64,000 nucleotides of DNA from Hemiscyllium ocellatum (Eukaryota). The translations under genes were made by a program, and so were the position numbers. The DNA lies in the NCBI RefSeq assembly GCF_020745735.1, contig NW_026867444.1, positions 248,001 through 312,000 on the forward strand. Direction: 5' to 3'. The notes below the pieces were generated by a model that had not been told where the DNA came from, did not search any database, and saw nothing but the letters and a program-made list of their open reading frames with translations. Shown in pieces: positions 34,953 through 49,300 of this stretch (position 1 is the stretch's first letter; each line of letters begins with the position of its first letter).

Positions 34953-35201
34953 CCTCCTGTGCTGTCAGATTCCAGGGAGTGAAGATGGTTCACAGTTTTC
35001 TCCCGTCTCAGTAACAAACACCCAGCTGCTCCGAGCTCCTTCTTTCACTTCCTCTTTTTTGTGAAGTTTCAACCTTGCGATCTGACAGTCTTTGCAGTTA
35101 TTTTTTACACTGGGGCTTTCTGCTGTGGTCAGAATCTCTAATAATAAGTGTCCGATCAGTGACAATCACAGCAGCTAAGAGCAGTCAGGACTGAGGAGCC
35201 A
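34953..35201 (-). promoter_or_regulatory. Candidate upstream enhancer of cluster B (paralogue of 57311-57558)
   Basis: About 9 differences in ~250 nt versus the cluster C copy. EICE 35043-35054, CAGCTG 35023-35028, kB-like 35112-35121, RUNX 35124-35129, MEF2-like 35138-35147. Confidence 0.55.
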
Positions 35202-35864
35202 AGCTCATTGTGAAACATATTGGGAAGATCAAAGTCATCCTCTTCAGATCCTGGTATAAACTCCATCCCTCTCCCTGAGCACTATCTGCTGCTCAACCAG
35301 ACTCTTTACAAACTGGGTCTCATGTTTGAGAATGATCTAAGCCCCATATCTTTCATATCACAAAGATCAGCCACTGAAAATCTCAGCCATGTTTATGGGG
35401 CTCCAAACATGACCATTCCAATGGCTGATGCACATCACAGCCACTGCCCTCCGTATCCTTCAGCTCATCCAAAATTCTGCAGCCCGTATCCAAACTTGCA
35501 CCAAGTCCCGTTCCCACAACCCCCTGCACCCCGTGCCTAGATTGGCTCCTGGTCGAGCAACACCTCGATTTTCAAATTCTCATCCTTGTTTTCAAATCCC
35601 TCTCTGCCCTCCACTCTCCCTATCTCTGTAACCTCCTCCAAGCTGCCTCACTCCGTGTGGTCAGCAATCTTGGATAATTGGCTCTCTATTCCTTCATCCA
35701 AGTCATTGAGAAATATTGTGAAATACTGAGGCCCCTGCACAAATCCCTGGGGACACCACTATTCACATCTTGTTCATTAGAGAGCACGCACATTATCCCT
35801 CTTCTCTGTCTCCTACCTCCAAACTAATTCCTCACCAAAGACAAATACTTTTCTGTCACTGTCT

Positions 35865-36730
35865 TGATGATAGGAAGCAGAGGTAATATTGGAAGGATGC
35901 TTGTCAGACTGGAGGCCTGTGTTGAGTGGAGTGCCTCAGGGCTCAGTGCTGGCCCCATTACTGTTTGTTATCAATATTAATGGTTTGGATGAGAACCTGT
36001 AAGGCATGATTAGTAAGTTTGATGTGCAGGTCAGGTGAATTGGACATGTTAAATTGGCCATAGTCTTAGGTACATTAGTCAGAGGGAAATGTCTCTAAAT
36101 GGGTTACTCTTCAGAGGGTCAGTGTGGATTGGTTGGGCCGAAGACCTGTTTCCACACTGGAGGGAATCGAATCTCTAATCCTGTACAGGATGTCAGTGAG
36201 GTCGTACTTGGAATATTGTATTGAGTTTGGTCACCTTGTTATAGGAAGGATATTACTAAACCAGAAAGAGTACAGAAGAAATTGGCAAGGATGTTGCCTG
36301 GACTCAACAATCTGAGTTATAGGGAGAGGTTAGGCAAGTTGGACTTTTTTCTTCGAGCGTAGGAGACTGGTGGGGGAACTTTTAGAAGTGTATAAGATCA
36401 TGAGAGACATGGACAGGGTTGGGGAATCGAGGATGAGAGGGCATCAGTTTAGTGTTAGAGAGGAATGAATAAAAGGGAACCTGAGGGGCAACATTTTTAC
36501 ACAGAGGGTGGCACGCATGTGGAATGAGATGCCAGCTGAAGTGATTGAGGTGGATACATTAACAACATTTAAAAGACATTTGGACAAATACATAGATAGG
36601 AAAACATTTGAAGGATATGGGCCAAGTGCAGGGAAATGGGGTTAGCATGGATGGATATTTTGGTCAGCACGGTCCAGTTTGAACCAAAGGGCCTGTCTCT
36701 GTGCTGTAGGACTCGATCACTCTATGACTC
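35865..36730 (+). mobile_element. CR1 3' fragment with a 5'-truncated HE1 SINE at ~36021-36180
   Basis: SGVPQGSVLAP..., RSYLEYCIEF. The SINE 3' half ends gaatctaatc. Confidence 0.78.
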
Positions 36731-36769
36731 TATAATTCCATATGTTTCCATGTTTCTGAACAGTCTCTC

Positions 36770-38060
36770 AAACATAGAAACAAAGGAACTAGGAGCAAGA
36801 GGAGGCCATTCAGCCCTTCAAGTTGGCTCTGCCATTCAATATGACCATGGCTAATCATCCAACTTAGTCCCCTGCTCCCATTTTTTCTCCATAAAATTTA
36901 ACCCCTTTAGTTCTAAGAATACACTTATCCTCTCTTGAAAATATTGAATGTTTTGGGCTCAACTGCTTTCTGTGACAGACTATCCCACTAGCTTCCCAGT
37001 CTCTGGCAAAAGAAATGTCTCCTCAGCTCAGTCTGAAATAACCTTTCCCTTTTCTTTAAACCATAATTCGTAGTTCTGGATTCCCCAGTCATCAGGAACA
37101 TCCTCCCTGTGTTGTTCTAGTCTTGTCCTGTTCGGATTTTCAAGGTTACAATATGATTCCTTTCAATCTTCTAAGTGCCAATGAATATAATCCTAACTGA
37201 TCCAGTTTCTCATCAGATCTAAGTGCTGTCCTCCCAGGAATCAGTCTGGTAAACCTTCACTGCTCTCCCTCCACAGCCAAAACATCCTTCCTCAATTAAG
37301 GAGCCTGAAACTACCCACGACAGAATCATGAAATCACACAGTACAGAGGAGGCCCTTCAGCCCATTAACTGTGTACCAGCCAAACTACACTAAACCTACA
37401 CCAGTCCCACTTTCCAACATGAGGCCCACAGCTTGAATGTTATGACATTTCAACTGCTCACCCAAGTACATTTTAAACTTTGTGAGGTTTCCCACCTCAA
37501 CTCCCCTCTCAGGCTGTGCATTCCAGATGCACACCAACCTCTGGATGAAAAACATTTTCCTTAAAACATCTTGAAGCCTCCTAGCTTTCACATTGAATGT
37601 GAGTCAACTTGTTATTGACCCTCCCAAAAAGGAGAACAGCTGCTTTCTCTCCTCCCTGCCAATTCCCCTCATAACCTTATACACCTCTATCAGGTCCCCC
37701 CTCCACCTTCTCTGCTCTATAGAAAACAACCCGAGCTGATCCAATTTCTCTTCATCACTGAGAGGTTCCATCCCACACAACATCCTGGTGATTCCCCTCT
37801 GCACCCCATCCAGTGCAATCACATCCTTCCTACAGTGTGGTGACCTGAACTGCACATAGTACTCCAGCTGTGGCCTCACCAATGTTCTGCTTAACTGCAC
37901 CATCTCCTCCTGCTTTTATAACCGATACCTGACATGACAAAGGCAAGTGTCCCCTATGCCTTCATAACTGCTCTGTTAACCTGTCTTGCCATATTCAGGG
38001 ATCAGTGGAGAAGCACCCCAAGATCACGCTGTTCCTTTGAGCTTCCTCAGTTCAAAGACC
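36770..38060 (-). mobile_element. Two stacked CR1 3' fragments
   Basis: RPQLEYYVQFRSP, RWRGDLIEVYKVMRG. Confidence 0.78.
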
Positions 38061-38074
38061 AAAGAGCAATGAAA

Positions 38075-41000
38075 ATTACAGCACAAGAACTGGCCCTTCG
38101 GCCCTACTAGACTGCACTGGTCCAAATCTTCCATCTAAACCTGTCATCAATTTTCCAAGGGTCTATCTCCCTTTGCTCCCTGCCCATCCATGTATCTATC
38201 TAGATATATCTTAAATGATGCTATTGTGCCTGCCTCTACCACCTCCACTGGCAACGTGTTCCAGGACCAATCACTCTCTGTGTGAAGAACTTTCCATACA
38301 TATCTCCCTTAAATGTTTCCACTCTCACCCTGAACTCATGACCCCGAGTAATTGAGTCCCCCACTCTGGGAAAAAGCTTGTTGCTATCCACCCTGTCTAT
38401 ACCTCTCATGATTTTGTAGACCCTAATCAGGTTCCCCCCGCAACGTTCGACTTTCTAATGAAAATAATCCTAATCTACTAAACCTCTCTTCATAGCTAGT
38501 GCCCTCCATACCAGGCAATCCTGGTGAACCTCCTCTGCACCCTCTCCAAAGCATCCACATCTTTCTGGTAATGTGGCAACCAGAACTGTACGCAGTATTC
38601 CAAATGTGGCCAGGCCAAAGTCTGATATAATTCTAATATGACCTTCCAACTCTTGTGCTGAATACCACGTCTGGTGAAGGAAGGTATGCCATATGCCTTC
38701 CTGACCACTCTGTCGATCTGTGTTGTCACCTCCAGTGTACAATGGACCTGAACACCCAGGTCTCTCTGGCCATCAATTTTCCCAGGGTGTTCCATTCACC
38801 GTACAGTTTACTCCAGATTTGGATCTTCCAAATTTCTTCAGATCGCATTTGCCTGGTTTGAACTCCATCCGTCCGTTTCTCTGCCCAACTCTCCAATCTG
38901 TCTATATTCTGCTACATTCTCTGATGGTCCCTTTCAATATCTGCTACTCCACCAATCTTAGAGTCATCTGCAAACTTGCTAATCAATCCACCTATACCTT
39001 CCTCCAGATCATTTATGTATATCAAAAACAAGAGCGGTACCAGCACAGATTCCTGTTCTCCATTTTGAGAAACTCCTTCCATTACTACCGTCTGTCTTCT
39101 GTTGCCCAGCCTGTTCTCTATCCATCTAGTAAGTACACTCTGGACCCTATGCGACTTAAATTTCTTTATCAGGCTGCCATGGGGAACTTTATCAAACGCA
39201 TTCCTGAAATCCATGTGTATGACATCCATAGCCCTCCCTCATCAATCAACTTAATCACTTCTTCAAAAAATTCTATAAAGATGGTAAGACATGACATTCC
39301 CTGCACAAATTCATGCTGCCTATAACTAATAAGTCAATTTTCTTCCAAATATAAATAGATCTTATCCCTCAGTATCTTCTCCAGCAGCTTCCTTACCACT
39401 ACATCAGGCGTGTCACTGGTTGATAGTTGCCTGGATTATCCTGGCTACCCTTCTTAAACATTAGCAATTCTCCAGTCCTCTGGGACCTCATCCATGTTCA
39501 AAGTTGCTACAAAGATATTGATTAAGGCCCCAGCTATTTCCTCTCTTGCTTCCCTCAGTAACCTGGGATCAATCCCATCCCGACCTGGGGGCTTGTCCAC
39601 CTGGATGCCTTTTAAAATACCCAACACTTCCTCCCTCCTTAAACCTACTTGACCCTGAATAAACAAACATCTATCCCCAACTTCAACATCTGTCATTTCC
39701 CCCTCCTTGGTGAATACCAACGTAAAGCACTCATTAAGAATCTCATCAATTTTCTCTGACTCCACACATAACTTTCCTCCTTTGTCCTTGAGTGGGCCAA
39801 CCCTTTCTCTAGTCACCCTCTTGCTCCTTATATATGAATAAAAGGATTTGGGATTTTCCTTAATCCTATTTGTTAATGATATTTTGTGACCCCTTTTAGC
39901 CCTTTTAATTCCTCACTTCAGATTGGTCCTACTTTCACGATATTCTTCCAAAGCTTTGCCTGTTTTCAGCTACCTCGACCATATGTATGCATCCTTTTTC
40001 CTCTTAGCTATGCTCACAATTTCATCTGTCATCCAGCGTTCCCTAATCCTGCCATTTCAATCCCTTATTTTCACAGGGACATGTCTGCCCTGACTCGAGT
40101 CAACCTCTCTTTAAAAGCCTCCCACATATCAAATATGGATTTCCCTTTAAACAGCTACTCCCAATCCACATTCCCCAGCTCCTGCCAAATTTTGCTATAG
40201 TTGGCCTTCCCCCAGTTTAGCCATCTTCCTTTCGGACCACTCTCGTCTTTGTCCAGGAGTATTCTAAATCTTATGGAATTGTGGTCACTGTTACCAAAAT
40301 AATCCCCTAGTGAAATTTCAACCACCTGGCCGGGCTCATTCCCCAATACCTGGCCCCTTCCTGAGTTAGATTATTTCCACATTACTCTGTAAAATCCTCC
40401 TGGATGCTCCTTACAAATTCTGCTCCATCTTAACTTCTAACATTGAGTGAATCACAGTCAATGTTGGGAAAATTAAAATCTTCCATCACCACCACCTTGT
40501 TACTCCTACATCTTTCCATAATCTGTTTACATATTTGTACCTCTATCCCACATTCACTCTTAGAGCCTTGTAGGATAGCACCGACATTGTTACTGCACCC
40601 TTCCTGTTTCTGAGCTCTGCCCATATTGCCCCACTGCTCGAGTCCTCCATAGTGCCCTCCTTCAGCACACCTGTGATAACCACTCTGACCAATAATGCAA
40701 CTCCTCCATCCCTTTTACCTCCCTCTCAAACCCATCGGATACCTCTGTATCCTGGGATATTTAGTTGCCAATCTTGCCCTTCCCTCAACCACGTCTCAGT
40801 AATAGCAATAACATCATACTCCCAGATACTAATCCAAGCCCAAAATTCCTCTGCCTTACCTACTACGCTTCTCACATTAAAACAATACACCTCAGACCAT
40901 CTGTCCCTTTGCTTTCATCATCTGCCCCCGACCTACTCTTAACCTTAGTCACGCTAACTTCAATATCTAGTTCCTGACAGGCTTTAGTTACTCCCTCCTT

Positions 41001-41500
41001 ATTGTCCACTAACTTCCTCATTTGGTTCCCATCCCTCTGCTACACTATTTTGAACGTGATCAAACATATCCCACAGGACACTGGTTTCAGTCCTGCCCAG
41101 GTGTAGACCACTCGATTTGTAATTGTCCCACCTCCCCAGGAACCAGTCCCAATGTCCCAAAAATCTGAACCCCTCCCTCCTGCACCATCTCTCAGGCCAC
41201 GCATTCATCCTGCCTATACTTTCATTTCGACTCTGACTAGCACATGGCACTGGGAGCAATCCTGAGATTACTACCTCTGAGATCCTACATTTTAATATGG
41301 TTCCTAACTCCCTAAATTCTGCTTGTCGGACCTCATCCCATTTATTACCAATATCATCGGTGCCTACATGAACCGTCACAGTTAGCTGTTTACCTCCCCC
41401 TTCAGAATGTCCTGTAGCCGATCTGAGACATCCCTGAGCCGTACAGCTGGGAGGCAACATGCTATTCGTGAGTCTTGTCTTTGACCACAGAACCGCCGAT
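38075..41500 (-). mobile_element. Long decayed CR1 (ORF1 esterase, endonuclease, RT, 3' UTR)
   Basis: VHVGTDDIG, VVVMEDFNFPNID, SDHNSIRF, DVIHMDFRNAFDKVPH, KFADDSKIGG, PHLEYCVQFW. Confidence 0.9.
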
Positions 41501-42384
41501 CTACTCCCTTTACAAAGTCCAAACAAACCGTGTCCATGGGCCCCCCTTATCAAATCCACTCACTACATCCTCAAACAATTCCAGTCGATTTTTTAAGCAT
41601 GATTTCCCTTTCGAAAATTCATGCTTACTATCTCCAGTTCTGTCACTGTTTTCAAAGTGCTAAGCTATCAAATATTTTGTAATGAACTTGAGCATTTTCT
41701 CCACTGCTGATTTCTAGCTAATTGGTCTAAAATGTTTGATTTTCCCCCTCTCTATCTCTCTCTCTCTCTTTCAATAATCGTGTTAAATTAGCTCCCTCCA
41801 CTCTGTTTGACCTATTCCACAGTCGACAAACAGATAACCATCAATGTTTCTAATATTTTACAACCCACTTCCGGAAGCACTCCTGAAAATAGATTATTTG
41901 GCCCTGCTGATTTAACACACTTTAATTTTGCCAGAACCATTTTCCTCAACAACTGATTTCCTTCAGCTCATTCCTCTGATAAAACCCCAAGTTCACCAAC
42001 ATGTCTGAGATTTATTTGAGAATTCATTTGTGCAGCAAGATCCAGAATATGTTTATCTGTCATCTCTTTGTTCCAACGATAACATTATAACACTTATGTG
42101 AAACTTCCTTGAATGTCATCTGGACGTCCATATAAACAACACATTCCCTTATCTCCCACATTAGTGACCTCGTTAAAACATGTAACCAGGTTAGTTAAAA
42201 ATGTCTGACCCTTTTTAAATCCATGCTGACTTACTCTGATCTGTTCATATTTGTCAGACATTCTGTCTCTAAACCAGATTCAATTACTTCCCAACAATAG
42301 ACATTCAATGGAGATGTTCATTGTGAGTGAGGTTAGTAAACAGCTAGCACTGACATGACGGGCTGAACAGCCTCCTCCTAGAGT

Positions 42385-45300
42385 CACAGAGTCAAAGAGA
42401 TATTCAGAATGGAAACAGACCCTTCGGTCCAACTTGTCCATGCTGACCAGACATCCCAAACCAATCTAGTCCCACTTGCCAACTCCTGGCCCAGATCCCT
42501 CCAAACCCTTCCAATTCATATACCCATTCAGATGCCTTTTAAATGTTGCAATTGTACCAGCCTCTACCACTTCCTCTGCTCTCACCACCTTGTGCATGAA
42601 AAAGTTGCTCCTCAAGTCTCTTTTATATCTTTCCCCTCTTACCCTAAACCTATGCCCTCTATTACTGGACTCCACCACCCCAGGGAAAAGACTTGGTCTC
42701 TTTGCCCTATCCATGCCCCTCATGATTTCATAAACCTCTGTAAGGTCACTCCTCAGCCTCCGACACTCCAGGGGAAATATCCCCAGCCTATTTAACCTCT
42801 CCCTATAGCTTAAATCCTCCAACCCTGGTAACATCCTTTTATATCTTTTCCGAACCCTTTCAAGTTTCACAACATCTTTCTGATAGGAAGGAGACCAGAA
42901 TTGAATGCAATACTTCAAAAGTGGCCTAGGTGACCTCCCAATTCCTATACTCAATAATCTGACCATTAAAGGAAAGCATATCGAATGTCTTCTTCATTAT
43001 CCTATCCAACTACTACTCTACTTTCAAGGAGCTATGAACATGCACTCTAAAGTCTCTTTGTTCAGCAACACTCCCGAGGACCTTACTATTAAGAGTATAA
43101 GTCCTGCTCAGATTTGCTTTCCCAAATGCAGCACCTTACATTTATCTAAATTAAACTCCATCTGCCATTCCTCAGCTCAATTGCCCATTGGATCAAGATC
43201 CTATTGTAATCTGACGTAACCTTCTTCACTGTCCACTTCACCTCCAATTTTCGTGTCATTTGCAAACTTACTAACTCTACCGCCTATGTTCATATCCAAA
43301 TCATTTATGTAAATGACAAAAAGTAGTTGACCCAGCACCAATCCTTATGACACTCCACTGGCCACAGGCCTCCAATCTGAAAAACATCCCTCCACTACCA
43401 CCCTCTGTATTCTACCTTTGAGCCAGTTCTGTATCCAAATGGCTAGTTCTCCTGTATTCCATGAGATCTAACCTTGCTAACCTGTCTCCCATGGGGAACC
43501 TTGTCAAATGCCTTATTGAAGTCCATTCAGATCCTGTCTAATGCTCTGCCCTTATCAATTCTTTCTGTTACTTCTTCAAAAGATTCAATCAAGTTTGTGA
43601 GACATGATTTCCCACACACAAAACCATGCTGCCCAACCCTAATCAGTCTTTGCCTTTCCAAATGTATGGACAATTTGTCCCTCAGGATTCCGGCTCATTG
43701 GTCTACAATTCCCTGACTTGTCCTTACCACCTTTCTTAAATAGTGGCACCAATTAGTGAACCTCCAGTCTTCTGGCACATCATCTGTGACTATTGAGGAT
43801 ACAAATATCACAGTAAGAGGCCCAGCAATCACTTCCCTAGCTTCCCACAGAGTCCTAGGGTACACCTAATTAGGTCCTGGGGATTTATCCACTTTTATGC
43901 ATTTCAAGACATCTAGCACCTCCTCGTCTGAAATATGAACATTTTTCAAGATGTCACCATCTATTACCTTACGTTCTATATCTTCAATATCCTTCTCCAC
44001 AATTAAACTGAAGCAAAATACTCGTTTAGTATCTGCCCCATCTCCTGCGGCTCCACACAAAGGTCGCCTTGCTGATCTTTGAGGGGCCCTATTCTCTCCT
44101 TAGTTACTCTCTTGTCCTTAATGTATTCGTAAAACCCCTCTGGATTCTCCTTAACCTTATTTGCCAAAACATTCTCATGTCCCCTTGTTGCCCTCCTGAT
44201 TTCCCTCTTAAGAATACTCCTACTGCCTTTGTATACCTCTCAGGATTCACTCGATCTATCCTGTCTATACCTGACATATGCTCCATTCTTTTTCTTAACC
44301 AAACCCTCAATGTTTCTTGTCATCCAATATTCCCTTCACCTACCAGCCTTTCCTTTCACCCTAACTAAAATATACTTTCTCTGGACTCAAGTTATCTCAT
44401 TTCTGAAGGCTTCTCATTTTCCAGCTGTCCCTTTACCTGTGAGCAACTTCCCCCAATCAGCTTTTCAGAGTTTTAGATTAGATTACTTAGTGTGGAAACA
44501 GGCCCTTCAGCCCAACAAGTCCAGACGGACCCTCCGAAGAGCAACCCACCCAGACCCATTCCCCTATGTTTATCCCTTCACCTAACACTATGGACAATTT
44601 AGCATGGCCAATTCACCTAACCTGCACTTTTTTAGACTGGGGGAGGAAACCCACGCCGACATGGGGAGTATGTGCAAACTGCACACAGACAGTTGCCTGA
44701 GGTGGGAATTGAACCCGGGGCACTGGCACTGTGAGGCAGCAGTGTTAACCACTGTGCCACCGTGCCTGATACTGGCAAAATTAGCCTTCCTCCAATTTAG
44801 AACTTCAACTTCTGGATCTGGTCTATCCTTTTCCATCACTATTTTAAAATGAATAGAATTATGGTCGCTGACCAAAAGTGCTCCTCCACTTGCACCTCAG
44901 TCACCTGCCCTGCCTTATTTCCAAGAGTAGGTCGAGCTTTGCACCTTCTCTAGGAGGTACATCCACATACTGAATCAGAAAATTGTCTTGTACACACTTA
45001 ACATATTCCTCTCCATCTAAATTCTTAACACTATGGCAGTCCCAGTCTATGTTTGGAAAGTTAAAATCCCCTACTATAACCACCCCATTATTCTTACTGA
45101 TAACTGAAATCTCCTTAAAAATCTATTTCTCAATTTCCCGCTGACTACTGGAGGGGGGCTATAATATAATCCCAAGAAGGTGATTATCCCCTTCTTTTTT
45201 CTCAGTTCCACCCAAATAACTTCCCTGGATGTATTTCTGGGAATATCCTCCCTAAGTACAGCTGTAATGCTATCCCTCATCAAAAATGCCACTCCCCCTC

Positions 45301-46300
45301 CTCTCTTGCCTCCCTTTCTGACCTTCCCGTAGCATTTGTATCCTAGAACATGAAACAGCCAGTCCTGTCTATCCCCGAGCCATGTTTCTGTAATTGCTAT
45401 GATATCCCAGTCCCATGTTCCTAACCACGCCCTATGTTCATCTTCCTTCCCTGTTAGGCCTCTTGCACTGAAATAAATGCAGTTTAATTTATCAGTCTTA
45501 CCTTGTTCTCTGCTTTGTCCCTGCCTGCCCTGACTGTTTGACTTGCCTTTGTTCTCAACTGTACCAATCTTAGATTGAAATCTTTCCTCACTATCTCCCT
45601 GGGTCCCTCCCACCCATCTTACTAGTTAAATCCTCCCGAGCAGCTCTAGCAAATCTCCCTGCCAGTATATTAGTCCCCTTCCAATTTAGATGCAATCTGT
45701 CCTTCTTGTTCAGGTCACTTCTACCTCAAAACAGCTTCCAAAGATCCAAAAATGTGAATCCTTCTCCCATACACCAGCTCCTTAGCCATGCATTCATCTG
45801 CTCTATCCTCCTATTCCTGCCCTCACTAGCTCATAGCACTGGGGGTAATTTAGATATTACTACTCTCGAGGATCTCCTTTTTAAATTCCTGCCTAACTCT
45901 CTGCAATCTCCCTTCAGAATCTCAACCTTTTCCCTTCCTATGTCGTTGGTTCCAAAGTGTACAATGGCCTCCTGCTGGTCCCTCTCCACCTTAAGAACAT
46001 TCTGCACCTTCCCTGAGACATCCTTGATCCTGGCCCCAGGGAAGCAACACACCATTCTGATTTTTCACTGCTGGCCACAGAAACGTCTTCTGTTCCTCGG
46101 GCTCGAGAGTCCCCTAACACAGTCGATCATTTGGAACCCGACGTACCTCCCATTACATTAGAGCCAGTGTCAATACCAGGAACTTGGCTGCTCATGCTAA
46201 GTACCCCTGAGTTTCCATCACTCCCTACATTTTCCAAAGCAGCATACTTGTTTGAAATGGGAATAGCCACAGAAGACACCTGCACCTCTCTGGCCTTTCC
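42385..46300 (-). mobile_element. Long decayed CR1 (ORF1 esterase to 3' UTR)
   Basis: LGDSR, CCFPGARIKDV, VHFGTND, IIAITETW, VIVGDFNFPNIDW, SDHNSIHF, YCIQFWSP. Confidence 0.9.
44474..44765 (-). mobile_element. HE1-type V-SINE inserted in CR1
   Basis: Head gcacggtggcacagtggttaac, V-domain core, tail gtaatctaatctaa. Confidence 0.87.
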
Positions 46301-46309
46301 TGAAGTTAT

Positions 46310-49300
46310 GGTAAGAGCCCATGGGATCCAAGGCATTTTGGCAAATTGGATCCAAATATGAGGCAAAGAGTGATGGTGGAGGGTTGTCTTTCTGATTGGA
46401 AGCCTGTGACCAGTGGTTTTAGGCAGGGATTGGGGCTGGGACCCTTGCTGTTTGTAATGTACATTAACAAATTGACTGTGATTGTATAATTAGAAAGTTT
46501 TCAGAGGCCACATAAATTGGTGGTGTTATTGATATTGATTTGATTTTTATTTTAGTTTATTGTCACATGTACTCGAGTGCAAAAGTATTGGAGTACAGTG
46601 AAAAGTGTGTAACGTCACCTCACAAGGTGCCATCTTAGGTACAAGGACCTCAGTACAGAATCGTAAGAACAAGGTAGAAAGAAAGAATAAAGTTCAAAGT
46701 TACACGTTGCAGATCTTTTTAGTTTTAAGTAGAAAATGAAGAAATAAAGCTGAAAGTTCAAGAATTATAGCCTTTCTTTAGAACTTAGCAACCATGGGAT
46801 CATACTTTAAGTAATCATCTCGAGTCCAGAAGTCCGGGCTGAGGCCTTCCCTGGTGGAGAGGCCACCATATACAGAAAGGACCACTATGTGGGCTGAGAG
46901 ACACCCACTCTGGGCCACTCAGAAATCGCTACACTAGGCCAAGTGACCATCACGCTGGGCTGACAGTCTAGCATGCTGGGCTGAGAGGCCACCACATTGA
47001 ACTGAGAGGCCATCATGTTGGACCAAGAGTCTGTCTTGTTGGGCTGGAAGATCTCCCTGCCAGGCAAGGACACTGCCACACCAAGCCAGGAGGCCACATC
47101 ATTAGGTCTGCACTTGGTCAGAGGCCTGGCGACTGAGGCTGGGAGTCGGTGCCCAGGAGAAGAAATAAGGGAGAAGAACAAAAGAAAAACACAAAAGAAA
47201 AGGAAAAGAGAAGTGGAATAGAAAGAAGAAAAGGAAACAGACGAAGCAGATGAACTCGGGCTGAAGCATCCTACTCTGCTGCCATCTTGGATTACTGGGT
47301 CTCAGGCTACAGTCTGATATTGGTCAGCTGGTAACTTGGGCAGAGCAATGGCAGATGTAATTTAATCCTGATACCTCTGAGGTGATCTAACTTGGGAGGT
47401 CTAATAAGGGAAGGATATACACAATGAAAGGCATGTGCCTTGAGTGTCCTTATGCATGAATCACAGAGGGTTGGTTACAGGTACAACAAGCAATTAGGAA
47501 GGCAAATGGAATTTTGTCCTTCATTGCTAAAGGGATTGAGTTTAAAAAGCGGGAAGGTTATGTTGCAGCTGTACAGGGTGTTGGTGAGGCCACACCTGGA
47601 GTACTGCGTGCAGTAATAGTCTCCTTACTTGAAAAAGGCTATACTGGCACTAGAGGGGTGCAGAGAAAGTTCACTCGGCTGATTCTGGGGTGGAGGGGGT
47701 TGGCTTATGAAGGGAGACTGCATAGACTGGGATATATTCATTGGAACTTAGAAGAATGAGGGGAACCTTATAGAAACAAATAAAATTATAAAGAGAATAG
47801 ATAAGACAGAAGTAGAGAGGATGTTCCCACTGGCAGGTGAAACTAAAACATGAGGGTTTTACCTCAAAATTAGGGGGAGCAGATTTAGGACTGAATTGAG
47901 AAGGAACATCTTCATCCAGAGGGTCATAAATCTATGAAATTCCTTGCTCAATGAAGAAAGTGATGCTACTTCATTAAATGTTTTAAAACTAAGATAGATT
48001 TTTCTCACAACAAAGGAATTAAGAGATACAGTGAGAGCAAATGCCAGGTCTTGCACTTTAGAAAAAATAATATAGGCATGGTCTATGTTCTAAACGGTGA
48101 GAAAATTCCTAAAGCCAAAATACAAAGGGATCTAGGAATGCTAGTCCTGGATTCTCTAAAGATTCACTTGCAGGTTGAGTCTATGGTTAAGAAAGCAAAT
48201 GTAATGTTGTAATTTATCTCAAGAGGATTGGAATGTAAAATGAGATGTGCTGCTGAGACTTTATAAAGCTCTGGTTAAGCCCAATTTAAAACACTGTGTC
48301 CAGTTTTTGGTCCCACACCTCAGAAAGAACATACTGGCACTGGACCGTGTCCAGTGGAGATTCACATGGATGAGCCCTGGAATGGTAAGCCTAATATATG
48401 ATGAATGACCAAGGATCCTGGGATTGTATTCATTCGAGTTTAGAAGGTTAAGGGGAGATCTAATAGAAACTTACAAGATAATGCATGGCTCAGAAAGGTT
48501 GGATGCTGGGAAATTGTTTCCGTTAGGTAGGGATACTAGCATCCGTGGGCACCTCCTTAGAGTTAGAGGGGGTCAGCTTAAAATGGAATTGAGGAGACAT
48601 TTCTTCAGCTAGAGAGTTATGGGCCTGTGAAATTCATTGCCACAGAGCACAGTGGTGGTGGAGATATTAAATGTCTTCAAGGCAGAGATTGATAAATTCT
48701 TAATCTTGCAATGAATTAAGGGCTACAGGGAGAGTGCGGGTAACTGTCGTTAAATGCCCATCACCCATGATTGAATGGCCGAGTGGACTCGATGGGTCAA
48801 ATGGCCTTACTTCCACTCCTATGTCTTATGGTCTTATGTGGAACTGAGTCATGAAAAGATCAACCATGATCTTATTGAATGGCAGAGCAGGGTTGAAGGG
48901 CCAGATGGCGTCCTCTTGCTCCTAGTTCTTATGTTCTTATATTCATTGGGAGTACTGAGGAATGAAGGGACCTTGGTGTACAAGTCCATCAATCCCAGAA
49001 GGCATCAACTCGACAGGGTGGTGAAGAAAGCATATGGGATGCTTGTCATCATTAGCCAGGGTGTAGAATATAGAAAGGAAGAATTCTTGTTGTTACCTGA
49101 CAGAGCATTGGTTAGGTCATGTCTGGAATACTGTGCACATTTCTGGTCATGACACTGTTGGAAGAACATGATTGGACTGGAGAGGATGCAGAGGAGATTA
49201 ACCAGAATGTTCCCTGGGATGGAAAGTGTTAGTTCTGAGGAGAGACTGGATAGACTGGGTTTGTTTTCTCTGGGGGGAATCTGATTGAGGTATACAAAAA

